Virus record (IMG/VR): IMGVR_UViG_3300007513_000005
Direction: 5' to 3' (one strand)
Source of the DNA: a virus
Length of the DNA stretch: 64,000 nucleotides
Shown here: positions 29,833 through 39,396 of the stretch, piece by piece
Numbering within the stretch: the stretch's first letter is position 1
Layout: every line of letters starts with the position of its first letter
The notes under the pieces: model-generated
What the model was told of the DNA's origin: nothing
The model's database searches: none
Seen by the model: the letters and a program-made list of their open reading frames with translations, nothing else
Translations under genes and position numbers: made by a program

Positions 29833-30535
29833 TGTTTTTCTCCATAATTTCAAATTGCTTAACAATGTTAACAAACTGTCTTAGGGAATCTTGGTCAAAA
29901 GATCCCAAATGTCCCCCCTCCAACTTGGTTTGAGAAAAGATATTATTAGAATAGTGCTTCTCAAGTATCGTAGCACCGCGAGAATGGGCGCGTAGCGCCG
30001 CGCCGATGCCAATTGTATGATCACTATACCCCGAATACCCAGGACGCTTAAAATGGGGCATTTTTGCCAATTTTTGATCGTCTAAATATGTAGGATATTT
30101 GGATACACAAAACAAATACTCCACCTGTTCACTGTGCCCGAAAGGAAAATCTGCGAAATCATGCATTCCAGTTGAAACAATTGTTGGTTTGCCGTCTGAC
30201 AATATCAATTCACAGAGGCGTGGATCCGACTTAGAAGTTCTGCTTGCAATCTTGTGTGTCTTTACACCCAAACTGTCTAACCACTCAAACCTCTCCTCAT
30301 CAAAGACAGACGCCATGAATTCAATTCCTATATTATCACAGTACTTTGCCAATGCATAAGCATCCTGAAAAGAGACGTCCCTATATTTCTTATTAGTTAC
30401 TCCCAACAACTTCTCAGAATCCATCAGTTGGACTTTCACAGCGTCGGCGCCACCTTGAAAAGCACTTAGAGACATTCTCTTCAGTTCATCCAATGAACCA
30501 TGATGTTGATTACAAAGATCAAGAATAATTTTCAC
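29822..30535 (-). CDS. neuB: Nonulosonic acid (N-acetylneuraminate-type) synthase, NeuB family, no SAF domain
   Basis: GADAVKVQ, FMASVFD, KIASR, IVSTGM, CVSKYPT, GYSDHTIG, ILEKH. 237 aa. Confidence 0.88.
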   Translation of the reverse strand: MKIILDLCNQHHGSLDELKRMSLSAFQGGADAVKVQLMDSEKLLGVTNKKYRDVSFQDAYALAKYCDNIGIEFMASVFDEERFEWLDSLGVKTHKIASRTSKSDPRLCELILSDGKPTIVSTGMHDFADFPFGHSEQVEYLFCVSKYPTYLDDQKLAKMPHFKRPGYSGYSDHTIGIGAALRAHSRGATILEKHYSNNIFSQTKLEGGHLGSFDQDSLRQFVNIVKQFEIMEKNSEF

Positions 30536-31199
30536 TTTTAAATCTCCTTAAATTAATTTCAGCTCTTTCCACTATCTCAGGGTTCTTATCTTTATTTTGA
30601 TATAGGGTACCCTTAGATTCTAGTTTCTTCTTATTTATCTTGTTTGCAATTATATCATCTATGTTTTCAGATAGCAAGCGAAATCCCGTCTGACAAGATT
30701 TATAAAACAAGGTATCTAAATTATCAAACCTATCTATGTCAATATTGTCGTCTGCCACTACACTACCTGCATCGATTGTATTGTCTATATAATGAAGCGT
30801 AGCGCCAATTAAGTCTGGTTTATTATCGTACATTGCCCACAAAGAACTATCAACACCCCTATAATGCTCAACCAACCCAGTGTGAATATTAACACATCCA
30901 TATTCAGGTAATTCAAATATTTCTTTTTTTAAAAGTGGGGCACCAAACACAAATCCGACTTTAGGATCCAACTTAGCAAGAGACTGTAGGACAAAATTAG
31001 AATGCAGCTGGTGCTTAGAGCACCTCAATATGTTGGTTCTGTGCAACAAAGACAAGTCAGAATTGAAATAATCCGCTTCCTCTTGAGTTATGTGACCCTT
31101 GTCGATCACCACAACAAGTGGTATTTCCACCCTTTCATAGAGCGTCTCCAAGAACTTCATATGTCTTGGGTGGTTTGATGTAATTGCAAAACAACTCAT
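30519..31199 (-). CDS. N10-formyl-THF-dependent formyltransferase (sugar N-formyltransferase-like)
   Basis: GCVNIHTGLVEHYRG and GATLHYIDNTIDAG retain the N, H and D catalytic residues. Confidence 0.85.
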   Translation of the reverse strand: MSCFAITSNHPRHMKFLETLYERVEIPLVVVIDKGHITQEEADYFNSDLSLLHRTNILRCSKHQLHSNFVLQSLAKLDPKVGFVFGAPLLKKEIFELPEYGCVNIHTGLVEHYRGVDSSLWAMYDNKPDLIGATLHYIDNTIDAGSVVADDNIDIDRFDNLDTLFYKSCQTGFRLLSENIDDIIANKINKKKLESKGTLYQNKDKNPEIVERAEINLRRFKSENYS

Positions 31200-31885
31200 A
31201 ACTTGTACGGTAATTTCCCTAATCTCTTAAATGCTTCCGCTCGACGGTTGGGGGCAATACTGTAACCTCTAACTAAAGATATGCCATTAAGATACTGCTC
31301 TATGCCTGGTATTACACCTCTCTGAGATGTATAGACTGCCATGGCCTCGCACTTTGTTATGTATTCCTTAGTTATATCTACAACAAAGTCTGGATTTTCA
31401 AAAGGATCCAATATCTCACACTGCAAGACCATATCCACTGTATGTGTTGGTCCCAATTCTTCCATGATGTTTTCTGTGGATTTCCAACAAGACTCTTCGA
31501 CGATATTCGATGTAATCCTGTGGTCTCTGTGTTTACATATATCGCTATGAGTTATGACAATATTTGGTCGAACTTGTCTAATCTTTTGTATGACTTTGTG
31601 AAACGTTTGTTTATCATTCCTTATCTCTTGACAAGGAAGTCCCAAAGTTGAAACTTCTTTTACTCCAAGAATATGACATGCATATGTTGCTTCTTTCATT
31701 CTTACACTGGTTATGTCGTCTTGCAACCCAGATCCCTGTTCATAACCCGTTGCGCCGTCGGTCATAAAACAAACGTGCACCTTTGCGCGCTGTTTTGACC
31801 ATTTAGCAATCGTACCGCCACATCCAATCGTTTCGTCGTCCTGATGTGCGACGAAAACCAAAACCCTCTTTCCGCTCAATTCCAA
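31196..31885 (-). CDS. PIG-L/LmbE family N-acetyl deacetylase
   Basis: AHQDDETIGCGGTI, MTDG, R.KEA, HRDH, AEAF. Confidence 0.9.
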   Translation of the reverse strand: MELSGKRVLVFVAHQDDETIGCGGTIAKWSKQRAKVHVCFMTDGATGYEQGSGLQDDITSVRMKEATYACHILGVKEVSTLGLPCQEIRNDKQTFHKVIQKIRQVRPNIVITHSDICKHRDHRITSNIVEESCWKSTENIMEELGPTHTVDMVLQCEILDPFENPDFVVDITKEYITKCEAMAVYTSQRGVIPGIEQYLNGISLVRGYSIAPNRRAEAFKRLGKLPYKL

Positions 31886-32442
31886 CGATCGTTCCTTCTC
31901 TTAATGAACTCTACATCATTCAAAGTATGTACATCGTGAATATCACAAACATATACTCCACACTTTGTACTTAAGTCTTTTTGAAAGACATATCCCCGCT
32001 TCATTATCCTAAATGCTGCGTTCTGCATTAAGTCAGGAGATACGCTTATTAATTCATTTCTATCATTCTCTATAAACGTCCTGATTGCGTCATCCAAAAC
32101 CTCTCCAGTTATCTCTGGTGAGTTCGCCTGTAATGAAATGTAGATATTTGCTTCGGCGTCATTGTCTTCCATGTAAAGTACCGCGCTGCGGATTGCTTCC
32201 ATCTTATAGACATGATCTTGCGACAGTTCTGGGTCTCTCCTATGCAGACTTGCTCCATACCTGGCAGCAACGGAAGAAACTTCTTTATCCTCTGTTGTGA
32301 CCCAAACATCCGTTATTAATTCACTTGCCTGCGCAGCCTTAATAGACCAAGCAAGCATAGGGTGTCCCCAGATTGGATAAATGTTTTTACGCGGCAATCT
32401 CTTGGATCCACCACGCGCAGGAATTATTGCTGTTATTTTCAT
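31876..32442 (-). CDS. neuA: Acylneuraminate cytidylyltransferase (CMP-nonulosonate synthetase)
   Basis: AIIPARGGSKRLPRKNI, VWVTTED, RDPELSQD, LQANSP, DVHTLND. Confidence 0.88.
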   Translation of the reverse strand: MKITAIIPARGGSKRLPRKNIYPIWGHPMLAWSIKAAQASELITDVWVTTEDKEVSSVAARYGASLHRRDPELSQDHVYKMEAIRSAVLYMEDNDAEANIYISLQANSPEITGEVLDDAIRTFIENDRNELISVSPDLMQNAAFRIMKRGYVFQKDLSTKCGVYVCDIHDVHTLNDVEFIKRRNDRWN

Positions 32443-32443
32443 A

Positions 32444-33472
32444 TTAAGATGTTAACACATCCAGGAGATTTTTACAAGAATTTTTGTGATCATACAACCA
32501 CTCGCGCTTACATTTCCTAAAAGAATCAGTATGATCACTGTCAACAAGCAATGTAATCATTTCTTCTAGTTTGCCTGTATTGAAAGATCTATCTAGTCCC
32601 TTCAAATTTAAACAGAAATCATAATCATACAGAAAATCATAAGTAACTCTGTGTTTTGACTTTCTCCCATGACGGACTTCTGGTTTTATATCGAAGTTTA
32701 TTAAAGGAACCTCATGCATCACACATTCCTCTATCGTCGTTGATCCAGAGTTCACCACCAAATCACAAACCTCTAACAATTCTTGTGTGGAGTGAGGGTA
32801 CCAGGATGCGTCAGAAAAGACCTTGTTTCCATTATCCAGCAAATCCTTTATAGTATTATTATGTAAGGTGTCCTTGCCTCTCGTTTTCACAATCACCTGC
32901 CACCCTAACTCATTGAAGTTTTTTATGATATCGATCGGCATCTTATGGAGATCTCTAGACTTAGGCCACATAAACAGGACCTTCTTCTTGTTTGGGTCTA
33001 GAGAATATTTCTTTATTACGGTCTCGACATCTAATCGAACATCATACTTTGGAATGCCTGTAAAAAGATTCTTTTCAGACACTAGGTCATAAAACTTTGC
33101 TACATTCTCACTAGGCATAACAACATGGTCAACGATATCGATGTACTTCTGATAGGAGAGTGTATAATCCGTCTGGTAGCAAAGAGTTACCTTCTTTGCT
33201 TTTGTGTTCTTTTTTATAATATCAATGCCAGACTCTTCTGATGTAATTATAATACCCTCTGCATCAATAATTTTTCGTCCTTCTCTAATCTCTACGTTGA
33301 GTTGTTCGCAGGCAGATTTTAAAGATATCTCATGCAACAGAGGGCAGTTATACTTGTTTGAAGGAACAACATAAAATATAGATTTCATGCCTCGGGCGTT
33401 ACCCTCTAGAACCAATGGAATAAAATATCTCAAATGAGTCATCTCTCTGAGAAAGAAATTAATTTCCTTCAT
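32444..33472 (-). CDS. GT-B transferase, TagF/CDP-glycerol glycerophosphotransferase-like (candidate nonulosonyltransferase)
   Basis: TGIPKYD, VLFMWP, ELLEVCDLVVNSGSTTIEE resemble TagF-like GT-B motifs. Immediately upstream of neuA. Confidence 0.55.
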   Translation of the reverse strand: MKEINFFLREMTHLRYFIPLVLEGNARGMKSIFYVVPSNKYNCPLLHEISLKSACEQLNVEIREGRKIIDAEGIIITSEESGIDIIKKNTKAKKVTLCYQTDYTLSYQKYIDIVDHVVMPSENVAKFYDLVSEKNLFTGIPKYDVRLDVETVIKKYSLDPNKKKVLFMWPKSRDLHKMPIDIIKNFNELGWQVIVKTRGKDTLHNNTIKDLLDNGNKVFSDASWYPHSTQELLEVCDLVVNSGSTTIEECVMHEVPLINFDIKPEVRHGRKSKHRVTYDFLYDYDFCLNLKGLDRSFNTGKLEEMITLLVDSDHTDSFRKCKREWLYDHKNSCKNLLDVLTS

Positions 33473-33719
33473 TTTGACGTAACTCCCTCAAATCCTTTCT
33501 TATTTCGTCCACATCTTTTTGAAGGTTCTTCAATTCAGCAGTCATCAGTCCTATTTGAATTGTTAAGTTCTTGTTCTTATTCTTCTTTGCTTCGTGTGCT
33601 ACAATTTCTGTAGTGATTGCGTTTGATTCAGCTGTACCTTTCATGATCATAAAACCACTCAACACCAACAGCAATAGCAGCCCAATCGCTGCCAGGTCTA
33701 CAACTTTAGATAACTTCAT
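33459..33719 (-). CDS. Small single-pass membrane coiled-coil protein
   Basis: Hydrophobic N-terminal helix and heptad-like C-terminus (LKNLQKDVDEIRKDLRELR). Confidence 0.6.
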   Translation of the reverse strand: MKLSKVVDLAAIGLLLLLVLSGFMIMKGTAESNAITTEIVAHEAKKNKNKNLTIQIGLMTAELKNLQKDVDEIRKDLRELRQNEGN

Positions 33720-34333
33720 TTTACACTCAAACTACAGAGCGTGTAAAACCTGCCCTTTATGCTATCTCTAAAAGTTATAATATTTTCAACACCAATATCC
33801 GCTCGGGACAGATCCTCAGAATGTACAATTTGATCATCGTGATTGTACTGTACATCATAATCCCCGTCATACAACTCTGGAAAGAATGGTAAAATGGTTT
33901 GACTGTTGTTCTTTTTGATGAACGTTTCCTTTCCGTTCATTAGAACTGGATTGCCTGTCATAAAATCAAAAATCACACTCGTGTTAGTTGAGGATATATT
34001 CTTGAGATTCTTGAGAAGTTTCTCTCTGGAGTCACACAAGTATAAGACCCTCAAACCAAGAACAAGATCGTACCCACTTATTTCCCATTCTGAATGGACA
34101 TCCCATTTCTTAGATCCTTCAAATTCCTCATTGTTGAGATCATAAAAATCGTGCTTCAAGTCATTGTTAACACCAGACATGATAGAGTCGTAAAGAAACT
34201 TATCCTTTGCCATTCTTGGATGCTTCTGTCCCAACCAAGCAACAGTCGACCCAACGGGTAGTTCGTTTAAAATTTCACTAACAGTAGAGGTGTATCTTTC
34301 CGCTACCTCAAAATCGGTCATTCCCATAAACAA
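33716..34333 (-). CDS. Class I SAM-dependent methyltransferase-like protein
   Basis: TVAWLG, FYDL, YDLVLGLRVLYL, VIFDF match the Rossmann methyltransferase strand order. The glycine motif is degenerate. Confidence 0.5.
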   Translation of the reverse strand: MFMGMTDFEVAERYTSTVSEILNELPVGSTVAWLGQKHPRMAKDKFLYDSIMSGVNNDLKHDFYDLNNEEFEGSKKWDVHSEWEISGYDLVLGLRVLYLCDSREKLLKNLKNISSTNTSVIFDFMTGNPVLMNGKETFIKKNNSQTILPFFPELYDGDYDVQYNHDDQIVHSEDLSRADIGVENIITFRDSIKGRFYTLCSLSVK

Positions 34334-34453
34334 TCTCCTTTTTTATTATAAGTCCAAGTTGCATGCCGCTTTCAACAGATATTACCTCCGACTTTTAAAT
34401 CAAATTTTTCAATAGATTGTTCTAAAAATAACTTTGTTGCAAAGTCCACTTAT

Positions 34454-35245
34454 TTAACTCCCTTCACTACAATCTGAAATAATAGCACTACAAAGATCAT
34501 ACCAGTCTTTATAATACACTTTCCCTTGTTTGTAATACTTGCCAAACATTTTCATCGTGCCTCGACCTAAATGTACATATATCACTTTATTTTTCTTGAG
34601 ATTTAATGCTCTATCAAGTCCTGCTTTTACGCCCAAAGACCTCCAAGGTTCATCACATAAATCAATTAGTTGCTTGTTGTTAATTGTGTTTTCAAAACAA
34701 AATGTTTTTAGGTTCTCATCCCTACAGTAAACTGTTAAAATATCTCCAACATCCATATTTTTATCAAATTGTGGTTTTACACCCACCTTCTTCAATATTT
34801 CTGTTTTTACGAAAAGTCCTGCAACATGAATCGCAGAAACTTTATTTGGAAACAAGCTAGTTCCAACTATGCAATTACCCTCTTCGATTTTTAACAACGA
34901 ATCAGTAAAAAATTCTTCACTAGTAACAATACAGTCATTGTGACACAAGAAGGTGTAATCAGACTGTATCTTATCCATAACAAACTCTATTGCAGAACAA
35001 TTTGCCCAAGATCCTTTATTGTTAGATGAATCCTCTCCCGTATCAGCACTAGGATTGTTGTACCATTCTATCTTGTCAGATAATGCTAAAATATCATCCT
35101 TATAAGAGGTTTCATATGAATTCTCAACAACGTGATATTTCAAAGTTAAGTTTTTTGGTTTATGCATTTCCATACTTTGTATTAAGCATGATACCAGCAT
35201 TTTGGATTTGTAAGACGGAACTATTACTTCAATTGAATGTGTCAT
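34454..35245 (-). CDS. Glycosyltransferase family 2
   Basis: IEVIVPSY, VVENS, FLCHND. ATG 35245 preferred. Confidence 0.75.
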   Translation of the reverse strand: MTHSIEVIVPSYKSKMLVSCLIQSMEMHKPKNLTLKYHVVENSYETSYKDDILALSDKIEWYNNPSADTGEDSSNNKGSWANCSAIEFVMDKIQSDYTFLCHNDCIVTSEEFFTDSLLKIEEGNCIVGTSLFPNKVSAIHVAGLFVKTEILKKVGVKPQFDKNMDVGDILTVYCRDENLKTFCFENTINNKQLIDLCDEPWRSLGVKAGLDRALNLKKNKVIYVHLGRGTMKMFGKYYKQGKVYYKDWYDLCSAIISDCSEGS

Positions 35246-35918
35246 AATACTCTCCAATGATAAACTTAGTACCCCTAGATATAGATTGCTTGCTTTCATT
35301 TTCGTTATAATGTTTTCTTTTCATTACTCTAAAGTCAACACTAACTCTAGTCTGCCCAGTGGTGTTAGGTTTATTTCCGTGCAGCAAATTAGCACCATTC
35401 CACATATAAGCATCACCATAATCTGCTTCAAAAGGTGAAAAATCTTTTTTGTTAGGTTCGCTTTCTACCCACATAGTGTTAGTACCGAAAGCAACCGTAA
35501 ATGGCACAAAAAAGTTAATTTCATGTTCTGAATGATTGTAGTCGATATCTCTATGCCAACCACCCACCGCAACGTTTCCTGGTGCGTGAACTCTAAAAGT
35601 TGGTACTCTCTGAAATATAAAATCATCTCCATTCATCAGTGGAGTAACAATCTCGCGAACAAAATTTCGATATACATTTACAAATTCCATATCTCCACTA
35701 TTAATGGGTTCATAAAATTTTTTATGATACCAAGTTTTGTTATCTTCTCCAATCTTGTGAAGTTCTTTGTATGACACATCCTTGGAATTTTCAATCAAAT
35801 GGAATGTCACTTCCATGCCAGCTGGACTAAAGTGCTCAAAACTCTTCACAAATGCTCTCGTTAAATTTCTTGATTTATATGTTGGAACTATAACCTCCAA
35901 GACATCAAGACTACTCAT
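35229..35918 (-). CDS. Chimeric ORF: GT2 N-terminal fragment fused to StrG-like 2OG-Fe(II) dioxygenase
   Basis: The first ~52 aa resemble the neighbouring GT2 start. The rest has FQRVPTFRVH, WHRD (HxD), LLHGN and RVSVDFR. Confidence 0.65.
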   Translation of the reverse strand: MSSLDVLEVIVPTYKSRNLTRAFVKSFEHFSPAGMEVTFHLIENSKDVSYKELHKIGEDNKTWYHKKFYEPINSGDMEFVNVYRNFVREIVTPLMNGDDFIFQRVPTFRVHAPGNVAVGGWHRDIDYNHSEHEINFFVPFTVAFGTNTMWVESEPNKKDFSPFEADYGDAYMWNGANLLHGNKPNTTGQTRVSVDFRVMKRKHYNENESKQSISRGTKFIIGEYYDTFN

Positions 35919-36616
35919 AATAAACCCTCCAAAAAAACAAATTCTTTATTGTCACAATTATTTAAAAATTCAATAAGCGAATGAGACTTCTCTGAATCTA
36001 GGAAATTCCCGTCCCATTCGCACGCATGATACACTATACCACACTTCTCTTCGACTTTTAATGGTCTAAAGGGAGGATATTGATTAGAAAATGTACTAGG
36101 GTACATCTTCTCGGCACCGTCATATACCTTCATTGCATGCTCAACATCTGTTAGGGCAAAGGTGTGGAACCCCCTATCGCTTAAGCATTTAAAAGCATCA
36201 GGATTCATTCTCCAGGCTGGTGGTCTGAATATCTTCTTAAATTTAGAATCCAAACCAGACTTGGCAACCTCTTCAAACATCAAATCGATCTTGTCATTGG
36301 TTTCATCGTATGTCAAGTGTTGAAATTCATCGTTGTCTGACCTGCCTGGTATACCATGATAATATCCGTGATATCCTATTTCGTAATTTTTAGGATCTAA
36401 ATCAGAAATCTCTTCACAAAAATCTGGGAAGTTTGATAAACTTAATGGCACCCTCGTTGCTGTGCCGTGCTTAATTGTACGCCAATAAGACACTGGTATA
36501 AACAAAGATATCTTGACTTCTGGATGGGCTTGGATTAATTCTTCACAATTTTCCAAAACCCTTGTCGAAGAAAATGGGTGCGGACTTACATCATCTATAC
36601 TTATGTTGATTTTCAT
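35915..36616 (-). CDS. Polysaccharide deacetylase (NodB/DUF2334-like)
   Basis: ISIDDVSP, EIGYHGYYH, FRPPAW. Confidence 0.75.
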   Translation of the reverse strand: MKINISIDDVSPHPFSSTRVLENCEELIQAHPEVKISLFIPVSYWRTIKHGTATRVPLSLSNFPDFCEEISDLDPKNYEIGYHGYYHGIPGRSDNDEFQHLTYDETNDKIDLMFEEVAKSGLDSKFKKIFRPPAWRMNPDAFKCLSDRGFHTFALTDVEHAMKVYDGAEKMYPSTFSNQYPPFRPLKVEEKCGIVYHACEWDGNFLDSEKSHSLIEFLNNCDNKEFVFLEGLL

Positions 36617-37524
36617 TACACCCTCCTTATAATATCACAATATTGGTCGATGACCAGGTCGTTTGTATCCTTATATTTTAAGCAATCCTGCTTATAGTTC
36701 ACATAATTATCCCTAACTTCCCTCAACGACTCAATCATATTAGAAAAATTTGTATATTCTTTACCGCCAAGGGCACAATACTCTGGAATGCTACCACCAG
36801 TATTCCTATAAACGACTGGCAATCCAACCGCTAAAGACTCAAGGACGTGATTTGCTCCCGCTTCTTCCTCAGACGCCGTTAAGTATATGTCATAGTTCGG
36901 CAAGTGAGATATGAGATTTACTGCGCCCATGGGTGGGAATTGGTTCGTGAAGGTGCACCCTCTCGGAACTTGTCCAATATAATGAAATTCGAACTCTCCC
37001 GTTTGTTGACATAGATCATCAAACTTCTTATACAAGTCAAACCCCTTCTTTGGGTTTGTAGACCAGTGATGCGTCACAATTCGAGGAACTTTCGGCAACT
37101 CCACTCTCTCATTCCTATTTTCATAAAACTCCCTCATCGGGCAGTTATATATCACACTATGGTTTTCACCAGAGTAGTTGACATACTCCATCGCCCATTT
37201 GCTTGGGAATATAAAATAATCTGATTTATCTAAACACTGCCTAACCATGTGCGTCAGTTCGGGTTTTCCGTGCGTACCAACATCTCCAACTCTTTGTATT
37301 ATTTTTGTTTTTGGGAATAATTGCCTGTATGAATATAGGTGGTTTATGTTTTCCCCAAATGCATTAGGTCGTGGGTCGAAGCAGAATATTACATCTATAT
37401 TTTCTTGCAGCTGGTATACAACAGTATGGCCATCGTTCAAGAGTTTTTCCGACAACCTATTTACAGTCTTTGCGCCGCCGCCCCACGGTCCTTTTTTCGG
37501 TTGCCTGTTGATATAAACTTTCAT
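36616..37524 (-). CDS. Glycosyltransferase family 4
   Basis: GPWGGG N-terminus, STNPKKG, EAGANHVLESLAVGLPV. Confidence 0.85.
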   Translation of the reverse strand: MKVYINRQPKKGPWGGGAKTVNRLSEKLLNDGHTVVYQLQENIDVIFCFDPRPNAFGENINHLYSYRQLFPKTKIIQRVGDVGTHGKPELTHMVRQCLDKSDYFIFPSKWAMEYVNYSGENHSVIYNCPMREFYENRNERVELPKVPRIVTHHWSTNPKKGFDLYKKFDDLCQQTGEFEFHYIGQVPRGCTFTNQFPPMGAVNLISHLPNYDIYLTASEEEAGANHVLESLAVGLPVVYRNTGGSIPEYCALGGKEYTNFSNMIESLREVRDNYVNYKQDCLKYKDTNDLVIDQYCDIIRRV

Positions 37525-38483
37525 TTTAAAAGATTGATGTCGTTCGTTACCATTTTTTTCACCAACTCTTGAAAGTTGACTTTAGGTTTCCATCCAAGAT
37601 CTTGGGCAGCAAGAGAACTATTACCACGAAGAACGTCTACCTCGGCAGGTCTCATAAATCTTGGATCTTGCTTTATGTATCCTGACCAATCATCGATTCC
37701 GACGTGAGCGAAAGCGTGAGTTAAGAAGTCTTTAATAGAATGCGTTTCACCAGTTGCAATAACATAGTCGTTTGGACTATCTTGCTGTAACATTAACCAC
37801 ATCGCTTCAACATAGTCTGGGGCATATCCCCAATCTCTCTTCGCTTCCAGATTTCCTAATGAAATGTGATCAGCAAGTCCCAAGTGTATCCTCGCTACGC
37901 CGTCTGATATTTTACGTGTTACAAACTCTACCCCTCTTCTTTCCGATTCGTGATTGAACAGGATACCAGAACATGCAAAAATGTCGTACGACTCTCTGTA
38001 GTTCTTTGTAATCCAATGTCCATATAACTTGGCAACTCCATAGGGAGATCGTGGGTAGAATGGCGTCGTCTCTTTAGCGGGGTTTTCTATCATTCTCCCA
38101 AACATCTCAGAAGAACTTGCTTGATAAAATTTCACTGGTTTGCCGTATTCACGAATTGCTTCCAACATCCTTAATACACCAAGACCAGTCACTTCGCTAG
38201 TATATTCTGGGGTGTTCCAACTCTCACCTACAAAGGATTGTGCTGCTAAATTATAAACCTCGTGAGGATCACTCTCCTTCAAGCATCGTACTAATGAATT
38301 CTGATCCGTCATGTCTCCATTAACAAACGTTATCTTTCCCTCTAGGTGTTTTGTGTTTGTTCTATTCTTTGTGGAAGATCTGCGTTCAACGCCCCAGACC
38401 TGATATCCCTTAGATAGAAGGAGATCTGCAAGGTGCGATCCATCCATTCCATTGATTCCTGTTATTAGTGCTCTACGAGACAT
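37521..38483 (-). CDS. gmd: GDP-mannose 4,6-dehydratase
   Basis: TGINGMDG, YNLAAQSFV, QASSSEMFG, PRSPYGVAK, FNHESERRG, FVTRKI, RDWGYA, RPAEVD. Confidence 0.95.
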   Translation of the reverse strand: MSRRALITGINGMDGSHLADLLLSKGYQVWGVERRSSTKNRTNTKHLEGKITFVNGDMTDQNSLVRCLKESDPHEVYNLAAQSFVGESWNTPEYTSEVTGLGVLRMLEAIREYGKPVKFYQASSSEMFGRMIENPAKETTPFYPRSPYGVAKLYGHWITKNYRESYDIFACSGILFNHESERRGVEFVTRKISDGVARIHLGLADHISLGNLEAKRDWGYAPDYVEAMWLMLQQDSPNDYVIATGETHSIKDFLTHAFAHVGIDDWSGYIKQDPRFMRPAEVDVLRGNSSLAAQDLGWKPKVNFQELVKKMVTNDINLLK

Positions 38484-39396
38484 CGTGAACCTCCTTAAAT
38501 ATTTTTATATACTCTTTCTTGTGTTTAATGATATCATACTTTTTAACTTTATTAAAGTTATTCTCTACATCTTCTACTGTTGGCAAGTATGTGTTTTTCG
38601 TTATATCAAAGACACAATTCTCACACAAAACCTCTTCTGATAACCCCACAGGGTTAGATATCACTGGAACCTTCATTGCAGATGCTTCAAATAGCGCCTG
38701 TGGACCACCCTCATGGCGAGATGACACAACATATAGGTCACAGGCAGCGTACATCTTTTTAATGTCTTCTATGGGCGCAAGTTCGACATATTTGTAATCT
38801 ATCCCAGCTGCTTGTAGTCTGTTTATTACGTATTGTCTGCGCCATCCCCCTAAAAGAACTAGCGTATCTTTATTTGCAATCTTCTCCACATAATCGCAAA
38901 AAAGGTCAGGGCCCTTTTCCAACTTCGGAGAAACCAAATCGCTGCCCTCCGTATCTCTCTGAAAAGACCCTATTACAAATCGATCTTTATCGATCTGAAG
39001 TTCGGATCTGCACTCCTGCTTATCCATAGGATTCCATAAACTCGAATTGAACCAATAACTTGCCACATTGACTGGTTTTTGAGTCAATTGCTTTACGAAG
39101 TGTTCGGTATGCTTATTTGGGACGTGGTATGCATCCACAAATGTGTCCCTGATTAAGAATTCGTTTAAGTTTTGTTTATTAAACTTTTCAGGCACAATGT
39201 GATGAATAGTACAAACAACCTTTTTCGACTCTAAGTATTGCCGAGGAATCCTGGCCCACTGCCAAGGAGCAACAATCCACAAAACATCACACTCAGCAAT
39301 ATTTTCAGTAACCAAGTTTGGATTGTTCTCGTACCACTCCTTCCTTATCCTATCAACTATCCAGGATTCTTTTGGGTCGTTCAAATATACCTTCAC
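38473..39396 (-). CDS. Glycosyltransferase family 4-like
   Basis: EKGPD, CDLYVVSSRHEGGPQALFEA. Confidence 0.85.
   Translation of the reverse strand: MKVYLNDPKESWIVDRIRKEWYENNPNLVTENIAECDVLWIVAPWQWARIPRQYLESKKVVCTIHHIVPEKFNKQNLNEFLIRDTFVDAYHVPNKHTEHFVKQLTQKPVNVASYWFNSSLWNPMDKQECRSELQIDKDRFVIGSFQRDTEGSDLVSPKLEKGPDLFCDYVEKIANKDTLVLLGGWRRQYVINRLQAAGIDYKYVELAPIEDIKKMYAACDLYVVSSRHEGGPQALFEASAMKVPVISNPVGLSEEVLCENCVFDITKNTYLPTVEDVENNFNKVKKYDIIKHKKEYIKIFKEVHDVS

Noticed and set aside
34334-34453. Possible ncRNA or tRNA in the largest intergenic gap
   Set aside because: No cloverleaf or strong hairpin was seen. It contains TATAAT and an SD and is best read as a promoter region.
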